Positions 46,901 through 55,420 of a stretch of 64,000 bases of DNA are shown one piece after another; within the stretch, counting starts at the first letter, position 1; each line of letters begins with the position of its first letter. This DNA comes from a virus: the IMG/VR virus record IMGVR_UViG_3300050821_008386, positions 1 through 64,000 of that record, one strand, 5' to 3'. The notes below the pieces were generated by a model. It did no database searches, was not told where the DNA came from, and was given only the letters and a program-made list of their open reading frames with translations. The position numbers and the translations under genes are program-made.

Positions 46901-49900
46901 GATTCTATCTGCGCTGCAGATACGCCGGGATCAGGCGCGTGATTCGGGTCATAGACATCGATATAATTGGCGGCCACATGATGGTGTTTGCCGTCCATAT
47001 CGAAATCGCTCGGAGCGGTATCGTCCCACCGATAGGTTTTCCCGTCTTCCCCAATGAACTCTTCGCCGCTCGGCGCGCCGTTGATAGGATGCAATCCTCG
47101 AGCTCTTGCGCCTTCTAACGTTAGTCCGGCGCTATAACCCGGAATCATGCTGCCGGGTTTCTGGACATGCGCTCCGGCACCCACGCCGCGAAGACTGTTA
47201 TGATCCCAACTGTAATCGCCGGGATACCCGAATGCTCCGATGTTAGCGTGACCATGCGGTGCCATCGGTACAGGCGCTTCGCCTTTCATGGCGCGATGAA
47301 CTTGGCGTTGCGCCGTGCCAGGCTTAACCCCTTGTTGTCTCAGATGCTTCTGGACGCGTGCGGTTCCGGTCGTGGTTTCGGGAGTTTCCTGCGGTTCTTT
47401 CGGTTCAGGAGTCGTTTCCCCTGTGGGCGTCTCGGTCTTCTGTTGTTGTTGCTGCTCGGTCGTTTCTGGCGCGCCAGCTATGCTTCCTGTTGTCGGCGGT
47501 TGCGGTACGTTTGTCCCCGGAGGCACTGGGAGGTGGCCTGCATGCGGTTGCGGAGTCGGAGGTACCGGCCCCTGCGGTACAGGCGTGGGCGTTACCGGGC
47601 CTTGCGGGGTTCCAGTCGGTGGAATCGGTATTCCGCCGGAAGATTTAGGTTCTTCAGGCGTTCCGGTTTTAGGTGAAGTCGTCTCGGGTTCGGCAGCTTT
47701 CGTCTCACCTTTTGGCGTTTCCGTCTCAGCAGGAGGCGGTGTCGTCTCAGATTTCTTCGGAGGTTCTGACTCCTGTTTAGGTGTCTCCTTTGGTTGCTCG
47801 GGAGTAGGTGTCGGTCCGGAGGTGACTTTCCCCTCTTTAGGTATTTTACCGACGAGTTCGTTTACCTCGGGATAAGTCAGTCCACGATACCAGTTGCCTT
47901 TCCCATCGTTAAAATCGTACAGATCACCCGCTTTATTGAGTCCCGCGCTTCGCGGTTCAATTGGTCCTTTCTCAGGTTTAATGGTCTTGCCTGAACTTAG
48001 CGAAACATCAGGAGGAAGTTCGGCGTTCTTAGCGTTGACTGCGTTCCGTATCGCCTCAACCGCGTTCGTGGCGTCGTTCTGGACGTGTTTTTCCGCTTCC
48101 TCCGGGGTAAACCCTTTCTCGGACATCAACGCCTGCTTAGCGATATCCGCAGGCGTTTCTTTCGCCGGTTTACCTGCCTGACGTTCAGCGGTTTTCTTGT
48201 CTCTCAGCGCGTCGACTGCATTTTTAACGACCTCTTCCCACGTCTCGCCGGCGGTGGTTTGCGCCGCTTTCTTAGCGTCTGCCGCTGACCATCCAACGCC
48301 GCGCAAGCCTTTGATAACATCCGCTGGATTGACGTTAGGACCGGGACGTTGGGCTTTCGGTGGCGGTTGAGGAGCCTGGGTCGCGTTCTCTGGGGCGGGA
48401 GTGCCGCTTGTCGGTTGCGGAGCGGGTCCCCCACCGCCGCCTCCAGTGCTGGTCGAGGCTCCCTTTGTCCGATTGGGTTGATTGAACAGGTCTGGACCTT
48501 GATTCGGTCTGGCGTTCGGATTAGGTCGATCCAAAACCGGTGGTGCACCCGCGCCTTGTCCCAGATTCCTTCGAAGCGTATCCCTGACCAGCGGTTCAAG
48601 AACCATGGCCGCCTGAATGGATTGTCTCAATCCCAGAACCGTATTGGACCGCGTGGTCGTGGGATTAAAACCCATGTCATCCAGAACGCGCCAGAAGGCT
48701 TGCTGGGTCTGATGGAACATGGTCGGGTCACGGGTCAGATCTCTGATACTTCCGCCTTTAAGGAGTCCTGATAACGCTTCGGTCGCCATCTCCCTCTGCA
48801 TATCTTCCTTGGTCATTCCGCGGAGGCCCGGGACGAATTGCCCCGTCCCGTTATTGATCTCGGTCTGACTCGGCAACTGGTCGTAGGTGGCGCTCTGTTG
48901 ACCTAACGTTGCCCGACTGGTGTAATCGGAGGTGAAATCGTTGGGGTCATTTGTCCGACTGAACGCTTGGAAGAAAGTCGATAGATCTTGCGGATTACCC
49001 AACTCCATCCGCGAGATGATCGGGTGCGCCAGTTCATGATGAAACGCGTCATCGAAAGCGTCTGCGCGGACCAGTACCCGCGCCTGATTCTGACCTGGAT
49101 TGGGGTCAATGGCGACTCCGCGCGAGTTCATTACCGGATCGTTCATCCAACCTAAGTTCTGCATCCGTTCCATCTCTGCGGCGTACGGTTTCGGATTGAG
49201 AACGTAAATCTCGCTCATCCCGTTCGCTTGAGTTCTGGTCTGATTGATCAGATGCTTTTGCGCGTTGGAAAACATCGGTTTCCCGGTCGCTGGATCGAGG
49301 GAATTGAGCGCTTGTTCGTGCGCTTCATCGAGAGCTTTATTGGTCCCGTACGGCGTCGGCGGATCTGCCGGTTTACGGCTTTGCCCCCAATTGGTGTCGG
49401 TAATGAACGCTGAATCAGCTAACCGATTTTGAGCAATCGCCGCAGCGTCAGGGACGGCGTGACTCAAGAGGCCCAGGCTCGTCCCCATCCCTAAAAGTGA
49501 ACCAATATCCTGCGGAGTTTTGGCTCCCAAAAGCGCAGGCGTCATACCCATCATCCCTTCACCTGCCCGCTGCATTCCGGTAACGAGGATCTGTTTAGCC
49601 GCGCTCCGGGTTGCCAGAAGGTTTTCGGAATTGTCTGCGGCAAGTCGCATCGCGTCCGCAGCGTGTGAGGCCAAAAACGATGTCGCTTTAGAAATGTTTC
49701 CGGCACCGCCCGCAATCAGGTCCACGCCGTAATCGACTAGCGGCATCTTGAACATCCCGGCGGCGACAGCGGCCAATGGGCCGGGTATCCCGAGAGTTTG
49801 TCCGATATAATGGCCTGCGATAGCTTTGGTCGCGGTCCCCACGAGGCCTTTGGCGATCTTGGTCGCAACCGGCGGCATCTGGAAATCGTGCATGTTCTGT

Positions 49901-51582
49901 GCCATGTTTTCCAGACCGCCCGCAATACTCCTTTGGGTAGCTTGTACCGAAGAATTAAGGACTGAAGTAATCCCGGCCGCTTCCGCTAACCGTCCCACTA
50001 ACCCCAGTCCGACCATTCCTTCCCCGAGATTAGCGGTAGCCGCAGTATCCTGAATGGCTTTCAGGGGTATCGGAAACCCTTTAGCGGCGTATCCTTCGGG
50101 AGTGTCTACGGTGCGTCCCGCAAACGCGTTAAGCATCTGCTGAGTGCCCTGCCCAACGTATCCCTCGCTTCTGGCCGCGTGCAGCCCCGATTGCATCCGG
50201 TCTGTATACAGTTGCGCGGCCATCTGTTTGGGATCCATATCCATGTAGCTTTTATCGCTACGGATCGGCGCGCCGCGGCTAGCCATGATCGCTTGAAAAC
50301 GCGGGTCGATATAACCGATCTCAGGACCGCCCAAAAGTTTTAAAACGGCGTTTGGCGCGGTGGAACTTAATCCGATTAAATGGCTGATCGAGTTTTCCGC
50401 CCATTCAGTGAATTGCGCGGTTCCTTCTTCAGTACCGGCAACCAGAGCGCGTTCGGCGCGTTCCCGGTTGAGGTCGGTCACGGTCTGATGCTCGAGGTTG
50501 ACTGGAGAAGTTTTGTCGTTGTCGTACTTGGGCTGGACAGGTGCCGTTCCACCCGCTTCTTTCGGGGCGAGCGCGGCGCTGATCCCTTCCGCTTCAGCCT
50601 GGCTCGCGTTCGGCGCTTCAGGAACGCCGGGAACGGCATTAGAAGGTGCCACGATATTCCCGATGTTGGCTGCCGCGCCGAAAAGTTGGCCCGGTATTTC
50701 GACCGGCGAATGAATAAAAGCGTCACGCCACGAACTTAAAACGCCGCCTAACCAGTTAATGGCGTTCTTGGCGTCTTGAACTGTTTTCTGCCAATCAGCC
50801 TGAAACTGTTCAGCGTCCGTCTCGGATTTAAGTCCACCAGACGCATCCATTTGATCCTTCATCTGGGCGTGAAGAATCATTGCTTGCGCGGTCTGGAAAT
50901 CGTCGATCTGATGGTGAGCAAATGCTTGAGCGATCTTGTCAGGATTGCCGTCATAAGGCTTGATCGCGTCATCAAGGCGTTGTTGTTCCTGCGCTTGCTG
51001 GAATTCTGGGCCTTGATTGAGATCTTTCCCGTACGGACTGCTTTCAGGTTGGGTCGCTAATTCAGGAGGCGGGAACCCTTTCTGCTGGGTCGGTTGCGCT
51101 GCGGCGATTTCAGGAGGCGGAAACCCACCTTTAGGCGGTGGCGGAAGCGGGTCCGGCGGTGGATCTGGCGGGGTAATGGTCTGAGGCGCGCCCGCTAACG
51201 AATTCTGGATGACCGCCTTATTCTCGTCATCCGTCAACGCCATCGGGTTATTAGCCTGCGCGTTAAGACTCTGTTGAGTGGGATTAAGATGATCCTCGGG
51301 ATTATCCGGCGCGAGCGGTGTCGGAGTGGGGGCGAGGAGCGAACTTACCCCATCTTCAGGGGACATCGGCGGTTGAGTCGGCGTAACCGTGGTGGGCGAC
51401 GGTTGCGGTTGCGGAGGAGGAATCGGGGGCGCGCCTGCCGCCTTGAGTTCAGGCGGATGGAACGGGATGATGTTGGAGGCCGAAGTCGCCGCTTGTCCTG
51501 CCGCTTTGAGTTCGGGCGGTTGAACCGAAGGAGTAGCCTCTGCGTCGGGTAGTGATGCGCTTGGCGCGCTGGCAGGAGGCAT
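40915..51582 (-). CDS. Giant 3555-aa polyvalent internal virion/ejection protein
   Basis: HHELAH zincin motif; 3D-like domain; ART-like YHGT..GRGIYMS..GHDGII; C-terminal GPKIGQFY..VMDMW; last gene of structural operon. Confidence 0.82.
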   Translation of the reverse strand: MPPASAPSASLPDAEATPSVQPPELKAAGQAATSASNIIPFHPPELKAAGAPPIPPPQPQPSPTTVTPTQPPMSPEDGVSSLLAPTPTPLAPDNPEDHLNPTQQSLNAQANNPMALTDDENKAVIQNSLAGAPQTITPPDPPPDPLPPPPKGGFPPPEIAAAQPTQQKGFPPPELATQPESSPYGKDLNQGPEFQQAQEQQRLDDAIKPYDGNPDKIAQAFAHHQIDDFQTAQAMILHAQMKDQMDASGGLKSETDAEQFQADWQKTVQDAKNAINWLGGVLSSWRDAFIHSPVEIPGQLFGAAANIGNIVAPSNAVPGVPEAPNASQAEAEGISAALAPKEAGGTAPVQPKYDNDKTSPVNLEHQTVTDLNRERAERALVAGTEEGTAQFTEWAENSISHLIGLSSTAPNAVLKLLGGPEIGYIDPRFQAIMASRGAPIRSDKSYMDMDPKQMAAQLYTDRMQSGLHAARSEGYVGQGTQQMLNAFAGRTVDTPEGYAAKGFPIPLKAIQDTAATANLGEGMVGLGLVGRLAEAAGITSVLNSSVQATQRSIAGGLENMAQNMHDFQMPPVATKIAKGLVGTATKAIAGHYIGQTLGIPGPLAAVAAGMFKMPLVDYGVDLIAGGAGNISKATSFLASHAADAMRLAADNSENLLATRSAAKQILVTGMQRAGEGMMGMTPALLGAKTPQDIGSLLGMGTSLGLLSHAVPDAAAIAQNRLADSAFITDTNWGQSRKPADPPTPYGTNKALDEAHEQALNSLDPATGKPMFSNAQKHLINQTRTQANGMSEIYVLNPKPYAAEMERMQNLGWMNDPVMNSRGVAIDPNPGQNQARVLVRADAFDDAFHHELAHPIISRMELGNPQDLSTFFQAFSRTNDPNDFTSDYTSRATLGQQSATYDQLPSQTEINNGTGQFVPGLRGMTKEDMQREMATEALSGLLKGGSIRDLTRDPTMFHQTQQAFWRVLDDMGFNPTTTRSNTVLGLRQSIQAAMVLEPLVRDTLRRNLGQGAGAPPVLDRPNPNARPNQGPDLFNQPNRTKGASTSTGGGGGGPAPQPTSGTPAPENATQAPQPPPKAQRPGPNVNPADVIKGLRGVGWSAADAKKAAQTTAGETWEEVVKNAVDALRDKKTAERQAGKPAKETPADIAKQALMSEKGFTPEEAEKHVQNDATNAVEAIRNAVNAKNAELPPDVSLSSGKTIKPEKGPIEPRSAGLNKAGDLYDFNDGKGNWYRGLTYPEVNELVGKIPKEGKVTSGPTPTPEQPKETPKQESEPPKKSETTPPPAETETPKGETKAAEPETTSPKTGTPEEPKSSGGIPIPPTGTPQGPVTPTPVPQGPVPPTPQPHAGHLPVPPGTNVPQPPTTGSIAGAPETTEQQQQQKTETPTGETTPEPKEPQETPETTTGTARVQKHLRQQGVKPGTAQRQVHRAMKGEAPVPMAPHGHANIGAFGYPGDYSWDHNSLRGVGAGAHVQKPGSMIPGYSAGLTLEGARARGLHPINGAPSGEEFIGEDGKTYRWDDTAPSDFDMDGKHHHVAANYIDVYDPNHAPDPGVSAAQIESNARYMAQFGIGSNGQRGPLVPGQQPVGPVDFGEQVVEHATGTEPPKGTQGPATAKGATEGAEPAAKSSEPVTAQSIQEAEDRAHEQVVQGERQSDEAYTAAIQKQVLQTVGEQHAASLAPDDQRVKYDPASGLLTGKYFDPIDPFHQWLLNGTNQKSQFVIKAIQNAIPEGQDLWIDYNSAPQKAKGLATAAQRQEAQIESGAHARAEGTAPGQQAGKNIVPSYVGVSLGKEGAPNSLYYGGISPDKVASNAQQIAHRLGPESPYKSGPAGDPVDEEDMRGYLHNISNGWKGDGSAKLTPTEGANLPVESPGFEPYTFGNDPVKAKSKADFWNLAVQGKGAGLSGKDMMDPGTPSGQARALALGNEGYVSGETKNPKEVSKAIAQGRSQQIDEAEAKRDAELEGQAHKFEVLQAIQKHGGLPTAKRNNQLATSAGGMSYPKGEIADLHEAWKALDKDSKAYLKKNYGITSEKLFSASAEHPDKLNAKVSQTSEVPYEDPGELINAAGDALSELGKHQIPEIKSSGIREGLTNPLHAKIEAETPGWTKETLHSGYERLLADNTIDILPSGEDASEQIHPGHEAIARALKEGGYPPSGIVKAGFMPGETEAERAGKPSEERGSGMLAPASGSDTLTLGDRLKKNEHLRANLEKQQAKLDTTNPEEDKKWDELATRIHGLEEEHSNLRNGGGVAFMPAESAGEEPNEVRKAREAWLTKGTTENAKHRDFDFGNEPFRLTGEEQKAVEPKKATPSDQESGQMSMFMPGDVVEGPGGERERIQSPAVRINGVIHSGSWHGEAIDNARDSGEPISQYNEHLGGHEIETGYLTTTGNFVTQGSPGWELAKRNNQIKASSLAREKGNAPQLASEDLKNLPKTRGPLPERPSAQFMPGDDRDTVRLFRASRDSEARTGAHFSESREHAKAYTKNPGFGGPNLYEATVPVDKDRVLDVSGDPSWRRLSSVYADIHNQGIEDPEDRISPDAKSDEWMGRGFDQIHHALDSDSDLRDALAKKYNWVKFTDSYPEGAKTWRYLGEKPITTKISRYISPKTRGPLLGSGPEASQSEPRSAAFMPGDHIGDAPEKIKDPAVRTPDGKIYTGNIHKFAEGKALKDNPALGTRDLVAGYTTDGGRFLSLRDAMNEIKVRPRGNKQELSSEDIRYNRELKSPAFMPSERIVDHPENPQVQSHDFKEWFKGSKVTDQDGKPLRLYHGTTQDYDTHDPRLGNTSADWGRGIYMSNNPEDASANYTGEGREYEGREHGGHASIQPLYASLKQPVEIGGLNPTRWNTSDLNDYRQAVRDVYDKHGLGGEQDMLDQTLRHLKPGDHTYAGNIIDKMRNSRAMHQLLEDDGFQHSSGAVAAEVLRAMGHDGIIDHEPFEKWGGDDYQEGMPGLTHDTTHVIAFDPKSVKSATGNRGTFSPGSGNVNFMPADRVTKGANGNNVRETSDYDGTTSGDEMVRYRTPPATTAQPSEREETPSESAPSPPLQNTEPPDEKVAVNGHGPLDSNTDHSVAFLPPEKMPAEMRSKLIDTDDRVAKLAYAQQKAKEWLENNKPPRMSAEYSKGQLPKGKLNWKVENLGDWIESKNGKLDLNDPKVRNQMARAATYDVMKRLSGDASGLDWYDKIPDEAVKYVAQHLDPSIDANRENRMMYRLGLAVTSNGQNVYNNAETAYHAYQYWKDHGELPTDPKDFVGGGVKIKAMISSFQKLNALKDKLGAQGLEDLLDKKMTVRQMRDYGLDISGEAPDHPTYAALSLGPKIGQFYSALGKHFDALVMDMWFKRTMNRMTGGMFRFSPTAFKSQVGELGRSIRSGEVEMPDEQKAKILDEIDAIQNHEDMTRAQAIREMPELDSWAKNTDKEAARPATDPDGTKRSYPVEKRTPTTYLAKNIKENLHFTDDAPTQAERPLYREIMEKVLKNLKSAGIDMHMADAQAVLWFVEQQLYKEAGAAKKGSHTSDYLDGAYALVKQQLEHPGKPAPAAPKVPKLPKKKRLPALAGV

Positions 51583-51674
51583 AAGATTAACTGTAATGGA
51601 AACGACTCTCGGGCGCTACTTTGACTTTTATGCAAAAGGCGCGACTTTTATCCATGGTTAACTTCCTTCCTGGC

Positions 51675-51932
51675 ATGAATCCTGAAGAGGAAAAGCGCCA
51701 TGCTGAACGGGCGAAGTGCCGTCATCACGACGTGATTCTGACTCCTCTGGAAAAAGCAGTCTGGGGATGGTTCGGTGCCGCGCTTGTCACCGCAGTAGCG
51801 CTCGGAATCGGGTTGATGCTGGTTCTTTTGATCGTTCCGGCCACCATGGGCGCGTTGTCAGGATTAGGTGTTCACGCCCTATTAGTCCTGATTGTCGTGC
51901 TCCTGCTGGTTTCCGCGCTCGGTCGCCGCTAA
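51675..51932 (+). CDS. Small two-helix membrane protein, antisense to the virion operon
   Basis: Hydrophobic helices; fills the gap between structural genes; start uncertain. Confidence 0.65.
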   Translation: MNPEEEKRHAERAKCRHHDVILTPLEKAVWGWFGAALVTAVALGIGLMLVLLIVPATMGALSGLGVHALLVLIVVLLLVSALGRR

Positions 51933-54250
51933 TAACCGGGCAGTTTCGTCACCGCTGGATAACCTTCGGACTGATATTTCGCCCCGACAGGCACCCGGTC
52001 GTAATCGGCTCGACTCTTGACCGGGAAAGGGAATTGATTGCCACCGGGCGCGTTGTCGCCGTCCGTGATCATGTTGGCTTTATACTGCGCGGTTGCCGGA
52101 ATCCTTTGGCGGTTAGCGATCATGTGATCCAACTGGACCTGCATGTTCTGACCTAGATATTTTAGGTTATTCTGAACCAGTTGCGGAAGGCGCGGACTAT
52201 CAAAACTGCCAATCAAGGATTCAACGCCTTGGGTTCCTTGCGCGTCAGCGGGAAGTCGTCCGGCAATAGCGGCGCCTGTTTGCGCTCGCATCGCCATATC
52301 GAGTTTCTGGTAAGCCTGATGCATTTCATCTACGCGCGGATCGCCGTCGCCAAGGTCAACGGCACCGCCTGTTGCTGCTTTGACGGCAGGTCCGAGATGG
52401 CTCATCAAGTTGGATTTACCCGCACTGTAGAGGTTGCGGATGCTTTCAGCAGCCGGATCGCCGGCGGTCTTATATTTGTCGATCAACCCTAAAAGATTGT
52501 TACTGGCGTCGATCACGTTTTCTTTAGCGGCCAAAGAATCGGTTTGCGCTTGGTTCACGGGCCAATCTTCAAGCGCTTGCGCTTGCTTGTAAGCGGCAAT
52601 CTTCGCTGGGCGACTCAAGGACTGCCAGTTGCCAGATACGGTCCCGGCTTTCATGCTGGCGTCCATCATCTCCTGATCTTCGTGTTGACCAATCGCGTTA
52701 TCGATCTCGCTCTCTTTGCCGTTCGCGTACACCCGCGTCTCGTGGTACGGCGTCTGGTTTCTGACTTGATAGAAATTCCCTTGTCCGTCGAGGTAGCCCG
52801 GAACCGCTTTACCAGCAACCCTGGCGACAATCTGGGTGCTCGGACGGAGGGGGTTTCCTTGCGCATCTGTTCCGTCTGGAGACGTCTCGGCGGGGCCAAC
52901 GACGTTGTATTGGTTGGCCGCTAGAGCCTTCCCAATCAGGTCAGGTGGAACGCCGCCGAACGCTTGAGCGACAGCTTGAGACGACACTGGCCTCACGCCC
53001 GGATAGTTCGGGTCGGTATTATTAGATGGACGCTCAACAGGAAATCCGCCCGGACCAAGTTGCTGTCCAGAAGATTGCGCTTGTTGGCCGGGATTAGGAT
53101 TGACCATCTGCGCTCTTGGGACCGGTGGCGTGTACGGACTGGGTTGACCAGGAGTTCGCGGAGGCGCTTGCGGAGCCGCTTTAGTCCCGGCCCATGGCGC
53201 GCCTCCAGCACTCAGCACGTCCTGAGTCGACAGTTGGCCTTGCGCTAATCTGGTTGCCAGATCCTGATTCTGTTGATCGTCAGTCTGATCAATCTCACCT
53301 GCGGGCGAAGACGCCAAGGGTGCCGCTGCCGCAAGTCCTGCGGTTGCTACAGCGTTTTTGGGTGATTCCGCTGGTCCTTCTGGGGCGGATGGAGCACTCG
53401 GAACGGGTTTACCCATCGCCGGGTTATTGGTCGCGGCCGCTAAACCGGGGAGATAAGTTGCCGCCCATGTCTTATCGACCGGTTGCATCGGCACCCCATC
53501 CGTATGGTGAATCATGATGCGGTTAGTCGGTTGACCTTGCGCATCAAATTCAGCGTTCCATCCCGTCGCTTTATCCGTGATGTGCTGCTTGTAGGCTTTG
53601 TAAATGTCAGCGCCAGCGGGTAACGATGTCGCCGTAGCGGCGTTCGCGGCATCGGTTATAGTCGGTACTTGCTGGGTCTGATGCGCTGGTTCCTGCTGAT
53701 TTGCGGGCGTAATAGGCCCGACCGGCGCAGTATTGGATTGGGTATTGTTCTGGGGATTATCGGGAGGCGGGGTAGGTGGTGGAGCAGCAAAGCCCTGCCC
53801 TCCTGGATTTAAATCCTGCTGTTTAACGCCACCAAACGGGACAGGATAAGAGGGAACGCCAACGTTTGTCCCTTGGATATTAGTCTGGTACTGGAGACTG
53901 TTATCCTGCGGATTCTGGTTAACGTCATTCTGAATCCCTTTCAGGCGTTCTTGCGCGAGATTCTGTTCCTGCATCTCGGTCTGGATCTTCTGCGCTTCCA
54001 GAGGGAGCTGTTGCGCCTGACGATACGCTCCGGCAATGTTGCCGGGAAGGTTCGCGAGTGTTTGACCTACGGACGCACCCCAGTTAGGCACCCGCAGTTC
54101 AGGAGGCGTCGGAGGACGATCAGCGGATGCCAGTGATCCTAGTAGACTTGCTTCGCTCTGGACCAGTTGCGGTGCCGCGAGGACCGCTGGCGCATTGTAA
54201 GGCTGCTCGTATGTGAAGAACTGGACTAGACCCTTTGGAGTGTGCTTCAT
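51929..54250 (-). CDS. Probable internal virion (ejection) protein
   Basis: Pro/Gln/Ala-rich; position before giant protein; terminal DYDRVPVGAKY motif. Confidence 0.65.
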   Translation of the reverse strand: MKHTPKGLVQFFTYEQPYNAPAVLAAPQLVQSEASLLGSLASADRPPTPPELRVPNWGASVGQTLANLPGNIAGAYRQAQQLPLEAQKIQTEMQEQNLAQERLKGIQNDVNQNPQDNSLQYQTNIQGTNVGVPSYPVPFGGVKQQDLNPGGQGFAAPPPTPPPDNPQNNTQSNTAPVGPITPANQQEPAHQTQQVPTITDAANAATATSLPAGADIYKAYKQHITDKATGWNAEFDAQGQPTNRIMIHHTDGVPMQPVDKTWAATYLPGLAAATNNPAMGKPVPSAPSAPEGPAESPKNAVATAGLAAAAPLASSPAGEIDQTDDQQNQDLATRLAQGQLSTQDVLSAGGAPWAGTKAAPQAPPRTPGQPSPYTPPVPRAQMVNPNPGQQAQSSGQQLGPGGFPVERPSNNTDPNYPGVRPVSSQAVAQAFGGVPPDLIGKALAANQYNVVGPAETSPDGTDAQGNPLRPSTQIVARVAGKAVPGYLDGQGNFYQVRNQTPYHETRVYANGKESEIDNAIGQHEDQEMMDASMKAGTVSGNWQSLSRPAKIAAYKQAQALEDWPVNQAQTDSLAAKENVIDASNNLLGLIDKYKTAGDPAAESIRNLYSAGKSNLMSHLGPAVKAATGGAVDLGDGDPRVDEMHQAYQKLDMAMRAQTGAAIAGRLPADAQGTQGVESLIGSFDSPRLPQLVQNNLKYLGQNMQVQLDHMIANRQRIPATAQYKANMITDGDNAPGGNQFPFPVKSRADYDRVPVGAKYQSEGYPAVTKLPGY

Positions 54251-55410
54251 GATACGGTCGGAGGCTTAAACTGGCTTAAAGGTACGCCGTTCGGCATTGA
54301 CGGGACGCCGGGAACGCCCGGAGTGAACATTTTGCCGATACTGGAAATTAAAGCGCCCACCGAACTTCCGATTCCGGCAGCTTGCTGTTGTCCGGTAAGA
54401 CCGTTGCCGCTGACCGATCCTACGGTAGGGGTACCGTCTGCTCCTGCGGTATACCCGCTGGCGTCGAGTCCGCCATTGGCGTAATTGGCTCCGCCCGCAC
54501 CCAGAGCAGGCGCGTTCACTGCTCCGCTCACAGGCGCGGCATCCACGCTTCCGAGATCCTGGGTGGTTCCACCCGGCGTCTGGTACTGCGCGGCTTGCGC
54601 CATTGATATTTGCGGAGTCTGGTTGGATTGATACTTCCGCATGATCGGGGCAATGGAATTGAGCAACGATTGACTCGAAGATCCAGCTTGTGACGGAACG
54701 CCCATCTGGCCGATTGATGCTGTCAGGCTGGGATTAGAGAGAGCTTGCGCTGCGTTAGCGCCGATCATGTCAGTGACCGCTTGCGGATTATTGGCCGGGA
54801 CCGTGGTTGGCGTCGACGGAAGCGCCGTTGGCGTCATGGGTATGACAGGAACATTGGCTTGAGTCGCCTGCGGATTGTACGTCGCGGTGGGGGGCGTTGG
54901 CGGGGGCGATTGAGTTGGGCTAGGCGTCTTAGGTGTCAGAGTCGAGTTAGCGTTAGACGCCGTTGATTGATAGTTCTGGAGAAGTTGTTCGGCCTGCGTG
55001 ACCAGCGGGCTCTCGAATGACGCGCCGTTCAGGATTCCGTTAGGTTGATTGATCCATGCGCGAATGGTGCCCGGTTCAGGAGATCCACCACTGCCATACT
55101 GGTTATTCACCGATTCATCGTACGAACCGCCTTGCGAGGGAGCGCTTCCGCCTGTCCATCCAAGAGTCGAAGGGTTGCCTTGCGCATCGTAGACGGTTCT
55201 TCCCTGATTTTGACTGAACCAGTTCTGGAGAGATTCATCGCTCTCGTCGGCGGACGGGATCGTGTTGGTGACGTTGTTCGCCGGCCCGTTATATTTCCCG
55301 CCATTCGCCGCTGGAGAATTTCCCGGTGACTGGTTCTGGGTTTTCATGGCGTTGATCAATAAGGACAGCATCTGTGCCAAAGACGCTGGATCTGTTGTGG
55401 TAGCCGCCAT
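54247..55410 (-). CDS. Probable internal virion protein, low complexity
   Basis: Position in operon; ATGA overlap. Confidence 0.6.
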   Translation of the reverse strand: MAATTTDPASLAQMLSLLINAMKTQNQSPGNSPAANGGKYNGPANNVTNTIPSADESDESLQNWFSQNQGRTVYDAQGNPSTLGWTGGSAPSQGGSYDESVNNQYGSGGSPEPGTIRAWINQPNGILNGASFESPLVTQAEQLLQNYQSTASNANSTLTPKTPSPTQSPPPTPPTATYNPQATQANVPVIPMTPTALPSTPTTVPANNPQAVTDMIGANAAQALSNPSLTASIGQMGVPSQAGSSSQSLLNSIAPIMRKYQSNQTPQISMAQAAQYQTPGGTTQDLGSVDAAPVSGAVNAPALGAGGANYANGGLDASGYTAGADGTPTVGSVSGNGLTGQQQAAGIGSSVGALISSIGKMFTPGVPGVPSMPNGVPLSQFKPPTVS

Positions 55411-55420
55411 GACCTATAAT

